Source: an uncultured delta proteobacterium (GTDB taxonomy: Bacteria; Desulfobacterota; Binatia; UBA9968). Taken from it: DNA of 64,000 bases. The notes beneath the pieces were generated by a model. That model saw only the letters and a list, made by a program, of their open reading frames with translations. It was not told the origin of the DNA and searched no databases. Shown one piece after another: positions 19,288 to 30,355 of the stretch. The first letter of the stretch is position 1. Every line of letters begins with the position of its first letter. A program made the position numbers and the translations under genes. Location: contig CAVUVW010000013.1 in the NCBI GenBank assembly GCA_963745035.1, positions 1,664,001-1,728,000 of the forward strand, given 5' to 3'.

Positions 19288-20868
19288 CTAATGCTGCTGA
19301 TGGTGCCCTCGGCCATGTTCGGTATGGCGGAAGATCAGTGACTTGATGACCACCGGCACCGCCTTGGCGTCGGGCAGCTCTTGGCCGATATCGATGAAAT
19401 CGAAATCTTTCAGATCGATGCCGTCGATGGAAACGATGCCGGCGCCGGGAACCAACTCACGCTCGATAATATTGCCCATCAGCTTGGCGATATCGGCGTC
19501 GAACACCAAAACCAGCGGCTGCCCGTTGTCGATATGCCCCTTCATCGCCGCGACCAGACCTTCGGCGAGCGTACGGATCAGCGGATACGACGGCCCAAGC
19601 TCCCAGCGGATCGCCAGGGCCACGGCCCGCTCGGTGTCGGTCGCGTCGAAGCGCTGCAGCGCCCGCTCCACCGCGGCGCTGATCTCGGCGGCGCTGATCG
19701 CCTCGGTCTGCTCGAAGGCGGGGGTGACGACTTGTAAATTGCGCAGCGGCAGCGACTCGGGGTGGGAAAGATAAATGGTATTGCCGCTCACTTGCACGGT
19801 GTACTGCGAGGCGCCGATCACGGTGGCGCGGATGCGCACTTCGGCCGGGCGCAGCGGAATGTTGCCGCCGCCCAGCTGATTCACCCGGGCGCGCACTTTC
19901 TTGCCGAACTGAACTCCCAGATCGCCCAAATTGCGTTTCTCGTAGCCGTAGATAAATTCCGACACGCCGCCGGAAAACATCACGGCATGGATCGGATCGG
20001 CGTAGTCGAGATTGGGAGTCAGCAGAAGATTCTCCACCTCGGGCGAAAGTTTCTTGCGCTCCAATACTTGAAACAGCGAATCGCACAGCGCCTGGGAAAA
20101 TTTGTCTTTGTCCTCGTCGCTCATGACGCCGCCGAGCGCGAGGTTGGAAATGCCGGCGATCTTGGCGATCTTGAGAGCGGTGTCTTCGAGACGGTTGATT
20201 TTGCCGTTCTCATCCATGGCGATGAGGCGCGCGCCGACCTCCACGGCGCAGGTGTCGATCACCTTGCCGCCTTGGACGATGGCGACCTTGCTGGTGCCGC
20301 CACCGACGTCGACGTTCATCACCGTGAAGTCGCCGCCTTCGTGGTAGGTCATGTGCACCGCGCCCGAGCCGTACGAAGCGAGGATCGCTTCCAGATTGTG
20401 GCCGGCGGTGGCGCACACGAACTTGCCCGCTTCGGCGGAAAAGATCGCGGCGATGGCTTCGGCATTTTTCTTTTTCGCGGCCTCGCCGGTGACGATGATC
20501 GCGCCGGTATCGATATCTTCCGGCGTGAGATTGGCCGTGCGGTAGGCCCCGTGGATGAAATCGCCCAGCTGATTGGTATCAATGGTCGTCTTGTCGACGT
20601 AGGGCGTCAAGAGAATCGACGACTCGTGAATGATCTCCCGGTTGATCACCACAAAACGGCTCGACAGCGCGACTCCCTGGCGGCGCAAGGTCAGGCGCGA
20701 GAAAATCAGGTGCGAGGTGGACGAGCCGATGTCGATGCCGACGGAGTTGAGGGTGATCCGCTCCGAGCGCCACATCGGGTGGTTTTCGTCGATGAGCTCC
20801 TCTTCGCCGTCGAAGTCATCCTCATGCCCTTCGTGCAAACGCAAAATGTCCGTGCCGAGATTATCCAT
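19288..20868 (-). CDS. eutA: EutA-like (ethanolamine ammonia-lyase reactivase family) ASKHA ATPase
   Basis: SVGIDIGSSTSHLIFS, IVTGEAAKKKNA, ATAGHNLE, DVGGGTSK, RATVIGASQ and VPVVIKSL motifs. Confidence 0.85.
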   Translation of the reverse strand: MDNLGTDILRLHEGHEDDFDGEEELIDENHPMWRSERITLNSVGIDIGSSTSHLIFSRLTLRRQGVALSSRFVVINREIIHESSILLTPYVDKTTIDTNQLGDFIHGAYRTANLTPEDIDTGAIIVTGEAAKKKNAEAIAAIFSAEAGKFVCATAGHNLEAILASYGSGAVHMTYHEGGDFTVMNVDVGGGTSKVAIVQGGKVIDTCAVEVGARLIAMDENGKINRLEDTALKIAKIAGISNLALGGVMSDEDKDKFSQALCDSLFQVLERKKLSPEVENLLLTPNLDYADPIHAVMFSGGVSEFIYGYEKRNLGDLGVQFGKKVRARVNQLGGGNIPLRPAEVRIRATVIGASQYTVQVSGNTIYLSHPESLPLRNLQVVTPAFEQTEAISAAEISAAVERALQRFDATDTERAVALAIRWELGPSYPLIRTLAEGLVAAMKGHIDNGQPLVLVFDADIAKLMGNIIERELVPGAGIVSIDGIDLKDFDFIDIGQELPDAKAVPVVIKSLIFRHTEHGRGHHQQH

Positions 20869-20966
20869 GCCCGCCGTCGGTTCCTTTCTCGCTGACTTTC
20901 AGGTATCCAAGTTGCATAACACAAGACTTGCGCGCTTGCCACCGATGAAGCGCCGCGGCGGCGGGA

Positions 20967-20995
20967 TAGACAAGCCAAAACATCGGCGATAATAT
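20967..20995 (+). promoter_or_regulatory. Putative sigma70 promoter of the MoxR operon
   Basis: TAGACA-N17-TAATAT, 18 nt before the ATG. Confidence 0.5.
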
Positions 20996-21013
20996 GCGTG
21001 TATTCGTAAATTT

Positions 21014-24000
21014 ATGGGGCAAGAGGAATATCAAGAGCTGGCCTCGTTCCTGCGCCGCTTCCGCCGCCGCCTGAGGCTGCTGCGCGGGCTCGAAGGGCTG
21101 TGCCTGATCGCGATCTGCGGACTCCTGCTCTTCGCCCTCGGCGCCGGCATCTTCGAGCTTAAAGACTTCTTTCCCTACGCGCCGCTGGCCTACAGCGTTC
21201 TTACCGCCGCCGTCTTGATCGCCGTCATCGGCTGGTCGTTGTTTGGTTTTCTGCGCCGTCTGTCACAGGAGCGCGCGGCGCTCTACATCGAGCAAAAACA
21301 GCCCAAGCTACGCAACAACCTGATCAACTCGCTGCAGCTCTACCCGCAGATAGCCCAGGCGCAGAGCGCGCCCGGCTTTTCCGCGTCCATGGTCATGGCG
21401 CTGCTGCGCACCACTCGCAACCAGGTCGCCACCTTGAAAATCGACGAGCTGGTCGATGACCGCAGGCTCCGATCCAGCTTGCGCTTCCTCGGCTACCTGC
21501 TTCTGCCGGTATCGGCGCTGGTGCTGTTTCATCCGTCGTGGGTGGGCGGCACGATCAATATGTTGACCCGGCCGCTGGACCACCTGCCGCCGAGCCAGAC
21601 CACCATTGAAATCGAGCCCAAGGGCTTGCGCGTCGTGCGCGGCGCGCCGGTGACGATCCGGGCAGCTACCGCGGGCGCCCCGCCCGAGTCGCTGGAGCTG
21701 ATCACCTGGAGCGGCGCCAACGAGCGCGGCGAGCTCATCGGCGCCGAAAAGACGCCCATGGAAAATCTCGGCGACGGCAAGTTCAGCGCCAAAATCGCGC
21801 GCCTGGAAAAATCGCTGCGCTACCGCGCGGTCACCGGGCCGTTTGCCTCGGCGACCTACAGCGCCGAAGCCGTCGATGCCCCCGAGATCGCCAACGTGCA
21901 GCTCGCTCTCTATCCGCCGGCCTACACCGGTCTGGGCTCGGTTTCCGTGCCCGAAGGCAGCATCGAAGGACTTAAAGGCTCGAGCCTGCGCCTGGACGCC
22001 GTCGCCACCAAAGACGTGGCGAAAGCGGAAATCGTCATGGACGACGGCAAGAAAATCCCGCTCAAGATCGATGGGCGCAAGCTCCAGGCCAATTTCGTGC
22101 TCTTTCAGTCGCAGTCGTATCGTATCCTCGTCGAGGACGCCCACGGTTTTCGCAACGCGCCGATCACCTACGAGCTCAAGGTCAAACCGGACGGTTTTCC
22201 GACCGTCGATCTGCTCCAGCCCACCCAGGATTTGGAAATCAACGGCGACGAGATTCTGACCCTGGAGTACGGCGCGCGCGACGACTTCGGCATCGCCGAG
22301 GTTGCGCTGGTCGTCAAGATCGGCGAGCGCGAAGACAAGATCTCGCTGCAGAAAGAAGACGCCAAGCGGCTTATCCTGCGCGAGCAGTATAAATGGGACC
22401 TCGGGCGACTCGCTCTGAGGGAAAACGAAGAGGCGGTTTTCGTCCTGCAAGTTTTCGACAACGACACGATTTCGGGACCGAAGATCGGCACGTCGCGCTC
22501 GGTGCGCCTGAAGCTCAAGAATCTCAAAGGCGAGCACCAACAGGTGGCGGAGATGATCCGCGATTTGAACCATCGCATGGTCGATCTCCTGGGCGACCAC
22601 CTGGAAACGCCGCTGCCGGGCGACAAAACGCCCGCCAAGGAAACCGAGAACAAGTTGCAGCAAAACCTCGCCGAGGCGCTCAAACGTACGGACGAAGTCA
22701 TGAGCCGCGTCGAAAAAGACCGCATGTCCGATTTCGCGACTTGGAGCGACCTCGAGGCGCTCAAACGCAACCTGGAATTCACCAAGGACGATCTCCTGCG
22801 ACGGCAGGAGCAGGCGGCGAGCGCGGAAGAGAAGCTCAAGGCGCGCGACGACATTGCGACCGAATTGGAGCGCATGTCGCTCTTATCCGAAGACATCGGC
22901 AAGCGCATGAAGGCCCAGGAGCTGGCCTCCTCCGCGCAGGACCTCGCGCGCAGCCAGGAGCGCTTGATGGACGCGCTCGAAAAGCTCCAGAGCGGCGATA
23001 AAAATCTCGACGCGATCATGAAGCAGATCGGCGAGCTGTCAAAGACCCTCGACGCGCTCCAGCGCGCCGCCGCGGAGCTGTCACAGCAGATGCCGGAAGA
23101 TTTCATGAACGCCGAGACGATGAAGGGCCTGGGCTTCGACGACATGCAGCGCGCGCTGGACGAAATCCGCAAAAAACTTGCCCAGGGCGACCTCGAAGGC
23201 GCGCGCCAGCTCGCGCGCGAGCTGTTCAATCAGATGGCGCAAATGGTCGCCGCGCTGCAAAACGCCCAGCGTTCACAGATGGCTTCGAGCATGGGACGGA
23301 TGCAGGGGGAGATGCAGCGTCAGAGCAACGAGCTTCAGGAGATCGCCCGCGAGCAGCAGGAAATCCTGGTGAAGACCGAAGGTATCAACAATAGCGCGCT
23401 CACGGAGCACAACGCGGCGATTAAGAACAAGCTCGACGAATTCTTAAAGAAAGCGGTCGCGGAGCTCGGCCAGTTGACCGAATTATTTCCCGACCGGGAA
23501 GGGCCGGACGATCCGAGCCTGCTCACCAACATGGACGACGCCACGATGAACGCGCTGTTGCGTAACCTGATTGCCAAGCTGAGTAACAAGGATTTTCCCG
23601 GCTTTGGCGAAGGCGATGGTCTCACACGGAAAGAGCTCGCCAAAAAGCGCACCCCGGCCCAGGAACCGCGCGCTCAGCGCGCCGAGAAAAGCCTTGACGG
23701 CATCAAAGCGGATCTGGAGAAGCTCCTCGCCGCGCCGGCCCAGGCGCTCTCGGACGGCGACAAGAGAACTTTGCGCGATCTCGCGCACCGCCAGGACGTG
23801 CTCAAGGAGCGCACCGAAGAGCTGCACGAGAAGCTCGAATCGTTGTTTCAGCTCTTTCCCCAGCTCGATCCCAAGATCGTGCAAAACATCGGCGAGGCCG
23901 GAAAATTCATGGGCGGGGCGCAGAACCGTTTGGGCCAGCTCGACTCGCGCGGCGCGGTGCCGCCCGAGCAGAGCGCGCTCGACCGGCTGGCGCAGTCGCA

Positions 24001-24319
24001 GCAGCAGATGCAGCAATCGATGCAGCAGATGGCCCAGCGCGGCCAGCTGGGCAACATGCCGATGACCCGGCTTTACCGCCAGGGGCGGTTTTTGCCGTTC
24101 GGGTCGCTGACGCCGCTTCCCGGCATGCCGCAGTTTCCGGAGTTCAATATCGAAAGCGGCTTTACCGGCCTGGACACCGAAAAATTCCGCCTGCCCGGCA
24201 AGGACGAATACAAGGCGCCGCGCAATTTCCGCGAGGAGATTCTGGAATCTCTCAAGCAGGGCGTCCCGCCGCAGATGAAAGACCAGATCGAGCGCTATTT
24301 CAAAAATCTCTCCGAGTGA
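21014..24319 (+). CDS. DUF4175-like membrane protein with long coiled coil
   Basis: N-terminal TMs; PPAYTG, DDFG and DNDTISGPK motifs; Q/E/L/M-rich helical C-half; terminal RYFKNL. Confidence 0.75.
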   Translation: MGQEEYQELASFLRRFRRRLRLLRGLEGLCLIAICGLLLFALGAGIFELKDFFPYAPLAYSVLTAAVLIAVIGWSLFGFLRRLSQERAALYIEQKQPKLRNNLINSLQLYPQIAQAQSAPGFSASMVMALLRTTRNQVATLKIDELVDDRRLRSSLRFLGYLLLPVSALVLFHPSWVGGTINMLTRPLDHLPPSQTTIEIEPKGLRVVRGAPVTIRAATAGAPPESLELITWSGANERGELIGAEKTPMENLGDGKFSAKIARLEKSLRYRAVTGPFASATYSAEAVDAPEIANVQLALYPPAYTGLGSVSVPEGSIEGLKGSSLRLDAVATKDVAKAEIVMDDGKKIPLKIDGRKLQANFVLFQSQSYRILVEDAHGFRNAPITYELKVKPDGFPTVDLLQPTQDLEINGDEILTLEYGARDDFGIAEVALVVKIGEREDKISLQKEDAKRLILREQYKWDLGRLALRENEEAVFVLQVFDNDTISGPKIGTSRSVRLKLKNLKGEHQQVAEMIRDLNHRMVDLLGDHLETPLPGDKTPAKETENKLQQNLAEALKRTDEVMSRVEKDRMSDFATWSDLEALKRNLEFTKDDLLRRQEQAASAEEKLKARDDIATELERMSLLSEDIGKRMKAQELASSAQDLARSQERLMDALEKLQSGDKNLDAIMKQIGELSKTLDALQRAAAELSQQMPEDFMNAETMKGLGFDDMQRALDEIRKKLAQGDLEGARQLARELFNQMAQMVAALQNAQRSQMASSMGRMQGEMQRQSNELQEIAREQQEILVKTEGINNSALTEHNAAIKNKLDEFLKKAVAELGQLTELFPDREGPDDPSLLTNMDDATMNALLRNLIAKLSNKDFPGFGEGDGLTRKELAKKRTPAQEPRAQRAEKSLDGIKADLEKLLAAPAQALSDGDKRTLRDLAHRQDVLKERTEELHEKLESLFQLFPQLDPKIVQNIGEAGKFMGGAQNRLGQLDSRGAVPPEQSALDRLAQSQQQMQQSMQQMAQRGQLGNMPMTRLYRQGRFLPFGSLTPLPGMPQFPEFNIESGFTGLDTEKFRLPGKDEYKAPRNFREEILESLKQGVPPQMKDQIERYFKNLSE

Positions 24320-24329
24320 TCTTCCGTTG

Positions 24330-25913
24330 ATGTACCGATTGTCGTTTTTCTCCGCCGTTGTGCTTTGGCTTTTTCTGGCGGCTCAGGTCTTGGCGGGCGA
24401 AGCCGACAAGTTCAAGGCGGGCGAGGAGTGGCTCGACGCTTGGCGCATCGCCCAGGCCGAAGAGCTCGCCGCCCAAGCGCTCAAGGAAAACAGCAAATCG
24501 CCCGCCGCGCTGGACTTCGACGCGCGGGTGAAATTTTATCAGGGCCGCTACGGCGAAGCTTTGGCACTCCTCGACCGCGCCCTCGCCGTCGAATCGACCA
24601 ACCAGCGGCGCCAAGCGCTCAAGCTCTTCACCCAGCTCACCGTCGACGTGCACAAAAACCTGCGGCGCCACGAGAGCGCGCATTTCGTTTTGTTCCTCGA
24701 CGACAAGCGCGACGGTATCCTGGCCGCCCACGCCCTCGATACCTTGGAGAAAGCCTACCAGGCCGTCGGCGCCGAGCTCGGCTACTTCCCGAAGGAAAAA
24801 GTCCGGGTGGAGATCGCCCCGGACGCGCCGAGCTTCAACGCCATTTCGACCCTGTCGCTGCGCGATATCGAAGAGACCGGCGCCGTCGGCATCTGCAAGT
24901 TCAACAAGCTCATGATCATCTCGCCGCGCGCGTTGAGCTTCGGCTACCGCTGGCTCGACTCGCTGAGCCACGAGTACCTGCACTACGCCATCGTCGGCCT
25001 CACCAATAATCAGGCGCCGATCTGGCTCCACGAAGGCATGGCGCGATTTTATGAGACGCGCTGGCGCAAGGGCGCGCCGCAGGGCGATGCCGCCGAGGAC
25101 TATCTGACGCCGGCCAATCAGACCCTGCTGGTGCGCGCGCTGGGGAAAAATCAGTTTGTCGGCTTTAAAAAAATGGAGCCGTCGCTGATCCATCTCGACA
25201 CGCCGGAGCAAGTCCAGCTCGCCTACGCCGAAGCCGCTTCGGCCGTCGACTTCATCAACCAGAGCAAGGGCCAGAGCGGCATCCGCGACTTGCTCGCCGC
25301 GCTCAACGATAAACCTACGCCCGAAGCCATCGAGAAAATCTACGGCCTGTCGTTCGACGCCTTCGAGGGAAAGTGGAAAGACTTCCTCAAAGCCAAGGGC
25401 TTGAAGGAGATCGAAGGTAGCCGGGTGCGCCGGTTGAAGGTCAAGAAGGACCAGCGCGAAGACGAGGAAGTCGTCGAGCTGCGCGAGATCCAGTCGGCGG
25501 TGGCGCGCAACCGCACCCATCTCGCCGACCAGCTCCTCGCCCGCGGTCGCGGCGCGGCCGCGGTCAACGAATATCAGCGCGCGCTCGACGTAAGCCCCAA
25601 CTCGCCGGTGATCTTGAACAAGCTCGGGCGCGTAATGATCGGCCTGAATCGCTCGGAGGAGGCGCTGCCGCTCTTGAAGAAAGCCTTGGACGTCGATCCG
25701 GACAACGCCAACGCCTACGTGCAATTGGGCCGGGCCTATCACGCGACGAAAAATTTCAAAGAGACCCGCGTCGTGCTCGAAGAAGCTATCCACATCAACC
25801 CTTACAACCCGCTCATCTACCGTTTACTCGGCGATGCGTACGCCGCGCTCGGCGAGCATGAAAAGGCTCGTCTCGCCAAAGCTGCGCTCGATCGGCTCGG
25901 CGGCGCCTACTGA
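24330..25913 (+). CDS. Exported TPR protein with MA-clan metallopeptidase domain
   Basis: Signal peptide; HEYLH plus PIWLHEG; flanking TPRs. Confidence 0.8.
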   Translation: MYRLSFFSAVVLWLFLAAQVLAGEADKFKAGEEWLDAWRIAQAEELAAQALKENSKSPAALDFDARVKFYQGRYGEALALLDRALAVESTNQRRQALKLFTQLTVDVHKNLRRHESAHFVLFLDDKRDGILAAHALDTLEKAYQAVGAELGYFPKEKVRVEIAPDAPSFNAISTLSLRDIEETGAVGICKFNKLMIISPRALSFGYRWLDSLSHEYLHYAIVGLTNNQAPIWLHEGMARFYETRWRKGAPQGDAAEDYLTPANQTLLVRALGKNQFVGFKKMEPSLIHLDTPEQVQLAYAEAASAVDFINQSKGQSGIRDLLAALNDKPTPEAIEKIYGLSFDAFEGKWKDFLKAKGLKEIEGSRVRRLKVKKDQREDEEVVELREIQSAVARNRTHLADQLLARGRGAAAVNEYQRALDVSPNSPVILNKLGRVMIGLNRSEEALPLLKKALDVDPDNANAYVQLGRAYHATKNFKETRVVLEEAIHINPYNPLIYRLLGDAYAALGEHEKARLAKAALDRLGGAY

Positions 25914-25931
25914 GCAATACGAAGGACAGTC

Positions 25932-26959
25932 ATGGAAGCCACAGAGATCCAGCAACAGGAGATCGCCGAGATCGAAGAGTTCGCGGCCAAGCGGGACCGG
26001 ATGCTCGACGAGATCCGCAAGGTCATCGTCGGCCAGGATCAGGTGATCGAGGAAGTCCTGATCGCGCTGTTCGCCCGCGGCCATTGCCTGCTTGTCGGCG
26101 TCCCCGGCCTGGCCAAAACCCTGTTGATCAGCACCCTGGCCGAAATCCTCGATCTCGATTTCAACCGGATTCAATTTACGCCGGATTTGATGCCGTCCGA
26201 CATCACCGGCACCGATATCTTGCAGGAGGACGCGGCCACCGGCCGGCGGACCTTTCAATTTCTGAAAGGTCCGATCTTCACCAACATTTTGCTCGCCGAC
26301 GAAATCAACCGCACGCCGCCCAAAACCCAGGCCGCGCTGCTGCAATCCATGCAGGAGTACAAGGTCACCGCCGGCGGCACGACTTTTCCTTTGGACTTGC
26401 CCTTCTTCGTGCTCGCGACCCAGAATCCCATCGAGCAGGAAGGCACCTATCCGCTGCCCGAAGCGCAGCTCGATCGCTTCATGTTCAACATCGAGATCCG
26501 CTACCCAACTTCGACGACGAAGTGCGGATCGTCATGCAGACGACATCGACCAACAAGCCCGCGCCGAAAAAAATCATGGACGGCTCGGCGATCCTGCGCT
26601 ACCAGGAGCTCGTCCGCAAAGTGCCGGTTTCGCCGTTCGTCGTTTCCTATGCGGTCGCCTGGCGCAGCGATCGCGGCCGCAAAACGGCGATGCGCTGCCA
26701 GTACGTCAAGGACTACGTCGAATGGGGCGCCGGGCCGCGCGCCTCGCAATATCTCATCCTCGGCGCCAAGGCGCGCACGATTCTCCAGGGCCGCTACGCA
26801 GTCGCCATCGAGGACATCCAGGCCCTCGCTCCGGCCGTGCTGCGCCACCGGATCGTGCCCAATTTCAAGGGACAAGGTGAAGGACTCACTTCCGTCGATA
26901 TCATCAAACGGCTTCTCAGCGACATTAAGCCCTCGACCGACGGCAAAGCCGCGCGCTAG
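25932..26959 (+). CDS. moxR: MoxR family AAA+ ATPase (frameshifted near 26505, probably again at 26660-26700)
   Basis: [27 protein letters not shown] and [21 protein letters not shown] motifs; the C-terminus (WGAGPRA, LRHRI) is in another frame. Confidence 0.9.
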
Positions 26960-27016
26960 ATTTTTCCGATCGCGAAGCTGAGCCGGCCCGGATGATTCAT
27001 CGTCCTGCGAACGGAA

Positions 27017-27253
27017 GGGTCGAGGATCGCAGATCGAGGATAAGAATGGCGATCCTCAATTCCCCCTTCTCGACCCGTGCCACGAAGCCTACGATTTAAA
27101 ACTCTCGTGAAACGAAGCACAATCCGAGCTATCGTCATAGCGGCCTGCTAGATTATCGAAAACGCCGGTGGTAGAGATTGGCGGAAGAACCGAAGAAGTC
27201 GAGGATGGAAGATCGAGGATGGAGGATGGCGATCCTCGATTCTCATCCTCGAC
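27017..27253. repeat. Two inverted heptamer arrays (GAGGATC/GAGGATG type)
   Basis: Units at 27017-27076 and 27198-27253, each with gaggat repeats followed by gatcctc...ctcgac. Confidence 0.7.
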
Positions 27254-27268
27254 CTTGAACGCAAACGC

Positions 27269-28159
27269 ATGGCGGTTAATGACAAGAACTATTTCGATCC
27301 CAAGGTGCTCGCCGGCATCGCCAACCTTTCCCTGCGCGCGCGCTGGGTGGTCGAGGGGCTCATGTCCGGCGTGCACAAGAGCCGCGCCAAGGGCTTCAGC
27401 GTCGAGTTCGAGGAGCACCGCGAGTATTCGCCGGGCGACGAGATCCGGCGCATCGACTGGAAGGCGTTCGGTAAATTCGACCGCTATTTCATCAAAGAGT
27501 ACGAAGACGAAACCAACCTGCGCGCCTACCTGCTGCTCGACGCCAGCGCATCGATGAACTATGCGTCCGACGGCGTCACGAAATTCGACTACGCCTGCAC
27601 GCTCACGGCCTCGCTCGCTTATTTGATTCTCAAGCAGCAGGATGCCGCCGGCGTCGTGACCTTCTCCGATCGCATCGAAGCGTTCATCCCGCCGCGCGCC
27701 AAGCGCGATTATCTGGCGCAGATTCTCCACGCTCTGGAAAATCGCGGCCCGGGCGGCGAAACCAAGGTCGGCAAGATCCTCGACGACATCGCCGGCCAGG
27801 TGAAGCGCCGCGGCCTGATCGTCCTGGTCTCCGATCTGCTCGACGAGCCTGCGGAGATTCTCAAGGGCTTGCGCCAGTTTCGCTTCAAGGGCAACGACGT
27901 GATCGTGTTTCATGTGATGGATCCCGCCGAGCTCGACCTCCCTTTCGACGGCAACGTTTTGTTCGAAGATCTGGAAGCGACTAATATACGCGTGATTACC
28001 GATCCGCGCGCGATTCGGTCCACTTACCGGCAAGTGGTCGATGAATTTATTGCCGACATGCGCAAGCAGTGCCACGACAACGCCATCGACTATCAGTTGA
28101 TCTCGACGGCGACCCCGCTCGATCGGGCGCTCGCGAGCTATCTGAGCTGGCGGGGTTGA
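27269..28159 (+). CDS. DUF58 domain (vWA-like) protein
   Basis: GFSVEFEEHREYSPGD, IDWK, DASASM and VSDL motifs. Confidence 0.92.
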   Translation: MAVNDKNYFDPKVLAGIANLSLRARWVVEGLMSGVHKSRAKGFSVEFEEHREYSPGDEIRRIDWKAFGKFDRYFIKEYEDETNLRAYLLLDASASMNYASDGVTKFDYACTLTASLAYLILKQQDAAGVVTFSDRIEAFIPPRAKRDYLAQILHALENRGPGGETKVGKILDDIAGQVKRRGLIVLVSDLLDEPAEILKGLRQFRFKGNDVIVFHVMDPAELDLPFDGNVLFEDLEATNIRVITDPRAIRSTYRQVVDEFIADMRKQCHDNAIDYQLISTATPLDRALASYLSWRG

Positions 28160-28166
28160 GCGCGGC

Positions 28167-30260
28167 ATGTCGCTGTTCTTTTTGTACCCGGCGTTCCTGG
28201 TCGGTCTGCTCGCCGCCTCTCTGCCGATCCTCATTCATCTGCTCAATCGCCGGCGCCTGCAGCGCATCCAATTTCCCGCCGTGCGCTTCATCTTGCTGTC
28301 GCAAAAGCGCATCTCGCGGAGCTATCGGCTGCGCCACTGGCTGCTGCTCGCGCTCCGCACTCTGGCGGTCGTGTTTCTTGTGCTGCTGCTCGCCAACCCG
28401 ATCTTTCAAACCGGCGCCGGACTTTTCGCCGGCGGCGGGCCGGTTTCCCTGGTCGTGCTGCTGGATAATTCGCTGAGCATGACCTGGAGCGGCGACGGCA
28501 ACGGCTTCGCCCAGGCCAAGGAGGCTGCGAAGATGCTGTTCGCGGCCCTCGACGACGGCGATCGCGCGGCGCTGGTGCCGACCAGTGTCACCGGCAAGGA
28601 AGTCATTCGCCTCAAGGGTCAGAAGGACGTGCTTTCGCGCGAGATCGACGCGGTCGAGATCGCCGACGGCACGGCCAACCTCGCGGCGGCGCTCGACAAG
28701 GCCTACGAGCTTTTGAGCGAGCCGGCCGGCCAAAAAGAAATCCGTCTGATCACCGATATGGGGCTCACGGGCTGGGACCAATTTTCCGTCGCCGCTTTGA
28801 AGCGGGTGGATCCGTCAATTCCCATCAAGGTGATTCGCATCGGCCGCAAGGAGCAGCCGCTCAACGCCAGCATCAGCTCGGTTCGTCTCGGCAGCCAAGG
28901 CGTCGGCGTGAATCTGCCGCTCCAGATCGAGGCGCGATTGAACAACTTCGGCGATCAGGAGATCAAGGACGTGCTCGTTCAGCTCAGCATCGACGGGCAG
29001 AACAAGGAACAAAAGCTCGCAACCCTGCCGCCGCGCGGCGAAGCAATGGTAAGTTTTCAGACTCGCGTTAGCCAAGCCGGCGCGCACACGGGACAGGTGA
29101 GCTTCAAAAAAGACGGGCTTGCCGGCAATCCGGTCGTCGATTTCACTCTTGACGCCCAGGATAAGCTCCGGGTGCTCGTGGTGGACGGCGATCCGCAGAC
29201 CTCGCTGGTGCAGAGCGATAGTTTTTTTCTGAGCCGTGCTCTGAACCCGACCGGCGAGCAGGGCTCATCGCTGTTTTTGCCGACGGTGATTCTCGCCGAC
29301 GGCTTGAACGCGGCGGCGCTCGATACTTATCAGGTCGTGATTCTCTGCAACGTCGCCGCGCTACCGGACGCTTTCGCAGGCCAACTGCAAACCTTTGTCC
29401 GCCAGGGTGGCGGGCTTCTGATCTTCGGCGGCGATAAGCTTCAGTCCGAAAGCTATAATCAGAAACTGGCGCAAACCGCGCCGGCGCAGTTGCGCGAGAA
29501 AAAGACCGGCCTCGAAGTCAACGGCGAAAAGATCGCCAAGTTCGACGCCGAGCATCCGGCGCTGCAGATTTTGAGCGATCCGATCTTGGCCGAATCGCTC
29601 AGCTCGAGCCGCGTCTGGGGCTACACGCGCGCGCAAGCGCGCGGCAAGCCGCTGATCGCGCTCGCCAACGGCGATCCGCTGCTCGCCGAGCAGAAAGTCG
29701 GCGACGGCAAGGTCATGCTGGTGACCACCACGGCAGATCGCGACTGGACCGACCTGCCGCTGAAGACCGCTTACCTGCCGCTGGTCCACGCAATCACGCA
29801 ATACCTGGCCGGCGGCAAGCGCGGGCAGTTGGACCCGGGGATTACGGTCAACACGGATAAGGAAATTTCGCTGGCGCCGACGTTTGTCGGTAAGAGCCTG
29901 CGCGTCACCAAGCCGAACAAACAGGAGACGGAAGTGCCGATCGTCGGCGCAAAGGAGCGCGCCCAAGCGACGATTACCGATAACGATCGCGCCGGCATTT
30001 ATCGTCTTTCGCTGGCAGCCGGCGCGGCGAAGGACAGCGGCGCGCCGCAGATGTACGCGGTCAACCGGCCGTTTCTCGAATCACGCCTGGAAGAAATTGG
30101 CGCGCGCGAGCTGCAAGCCAAGCTCGCGCCGGTCCGCGCCGAGGTGATTCCGGTCGAAGCCCTCAAGGAAGGCGGCAAGCGCACCGATCTCGCGCTTCCG
30201 CTCCTGGCGCTGTTGATTGTAACTTTGTTGCTCGAGGGCTGGCTGGGACAGAGGTTTTAA
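28167..30260 (+). CDS. BatA/vWA domain protein
   Basis: LPILIHL N-terminus; MIDAS DNSLS; ITD; DWTDLP; C-terminal TM. Confidence 0.85.
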   Translation: MSLFFLYPAFLVGLLAASLPILIHLLNRRRLQRIQFPAVRFILLSQKRISRSYRLRHWLLLALRTLAVVFLVLLLANPIFQTGAGLFAGGGPVSLVVLLDNSLSMTWSGDGNGFAQAKEAAKMLFAALDDGDRAALVPTSVTGKEVIRLKGQKDVLSREIDAVEIADGTANLAAALDKAYELLSEPAGQKEIRLITDMGLTGWDQFSVAALKRVDPSIPIKVIRIGRKEQPLNASISSVRLGSQGVGVNLPLQIEARLNNFGDQEIKDVLVQLSIDGQNKEQKLATLPPRGEAMVSFQTRVSQAGAHTGQVSFKKDGLAGNPVVDFTLDAQDKLRVLVVDGDPQTSLVQSDSFFLSRALNPTGEQGSSLFLPTVILADGLNAAALDTYQVVILCNVAALPDAFAGQLQTFVRQGGGLLIFGGDKLQSESYNQKLAQTAPAQLREKKTGLEVNGEKIAKFDAEHPALQILSDPILAESLSSSRVWGYTRAQARGKPLIALANGDPLLAEQKVGDGKVMLVTTTADRDWTDLPLKTAYLPLVHAITQYLAGGKRGQLDPGITVNTDKEISLAPTFVGKSLRVTKPNKQETEVPIVGAKERAQATITDNDRAGIYRLSLAAGAAKDSGAPQMYAVNRPFLESRLEEIGARELQAKLAPVRAEVIPVEALKEGGKRTDLALPLLALLIVTLLLEGWLGQRF

Positions 30261-30348
30261 GAAGTAAAAAGTAAAAAGGCAAAATTAAAAAGGGACAGAA
30301 GTCTGACTTTTCCTAACTTTTGACTTTTTACTTTTCACTTTTAACTTC
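30261..30348. repeat. Inverted heptamer array (AAAAGTA/TACTTTT type)
   Basis: A-rich 7-mers followed by T-rich complementary 7-mers, filling the spacer. Confidence 0.75.
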
Positions 30349-30355
30349 TAATCGT

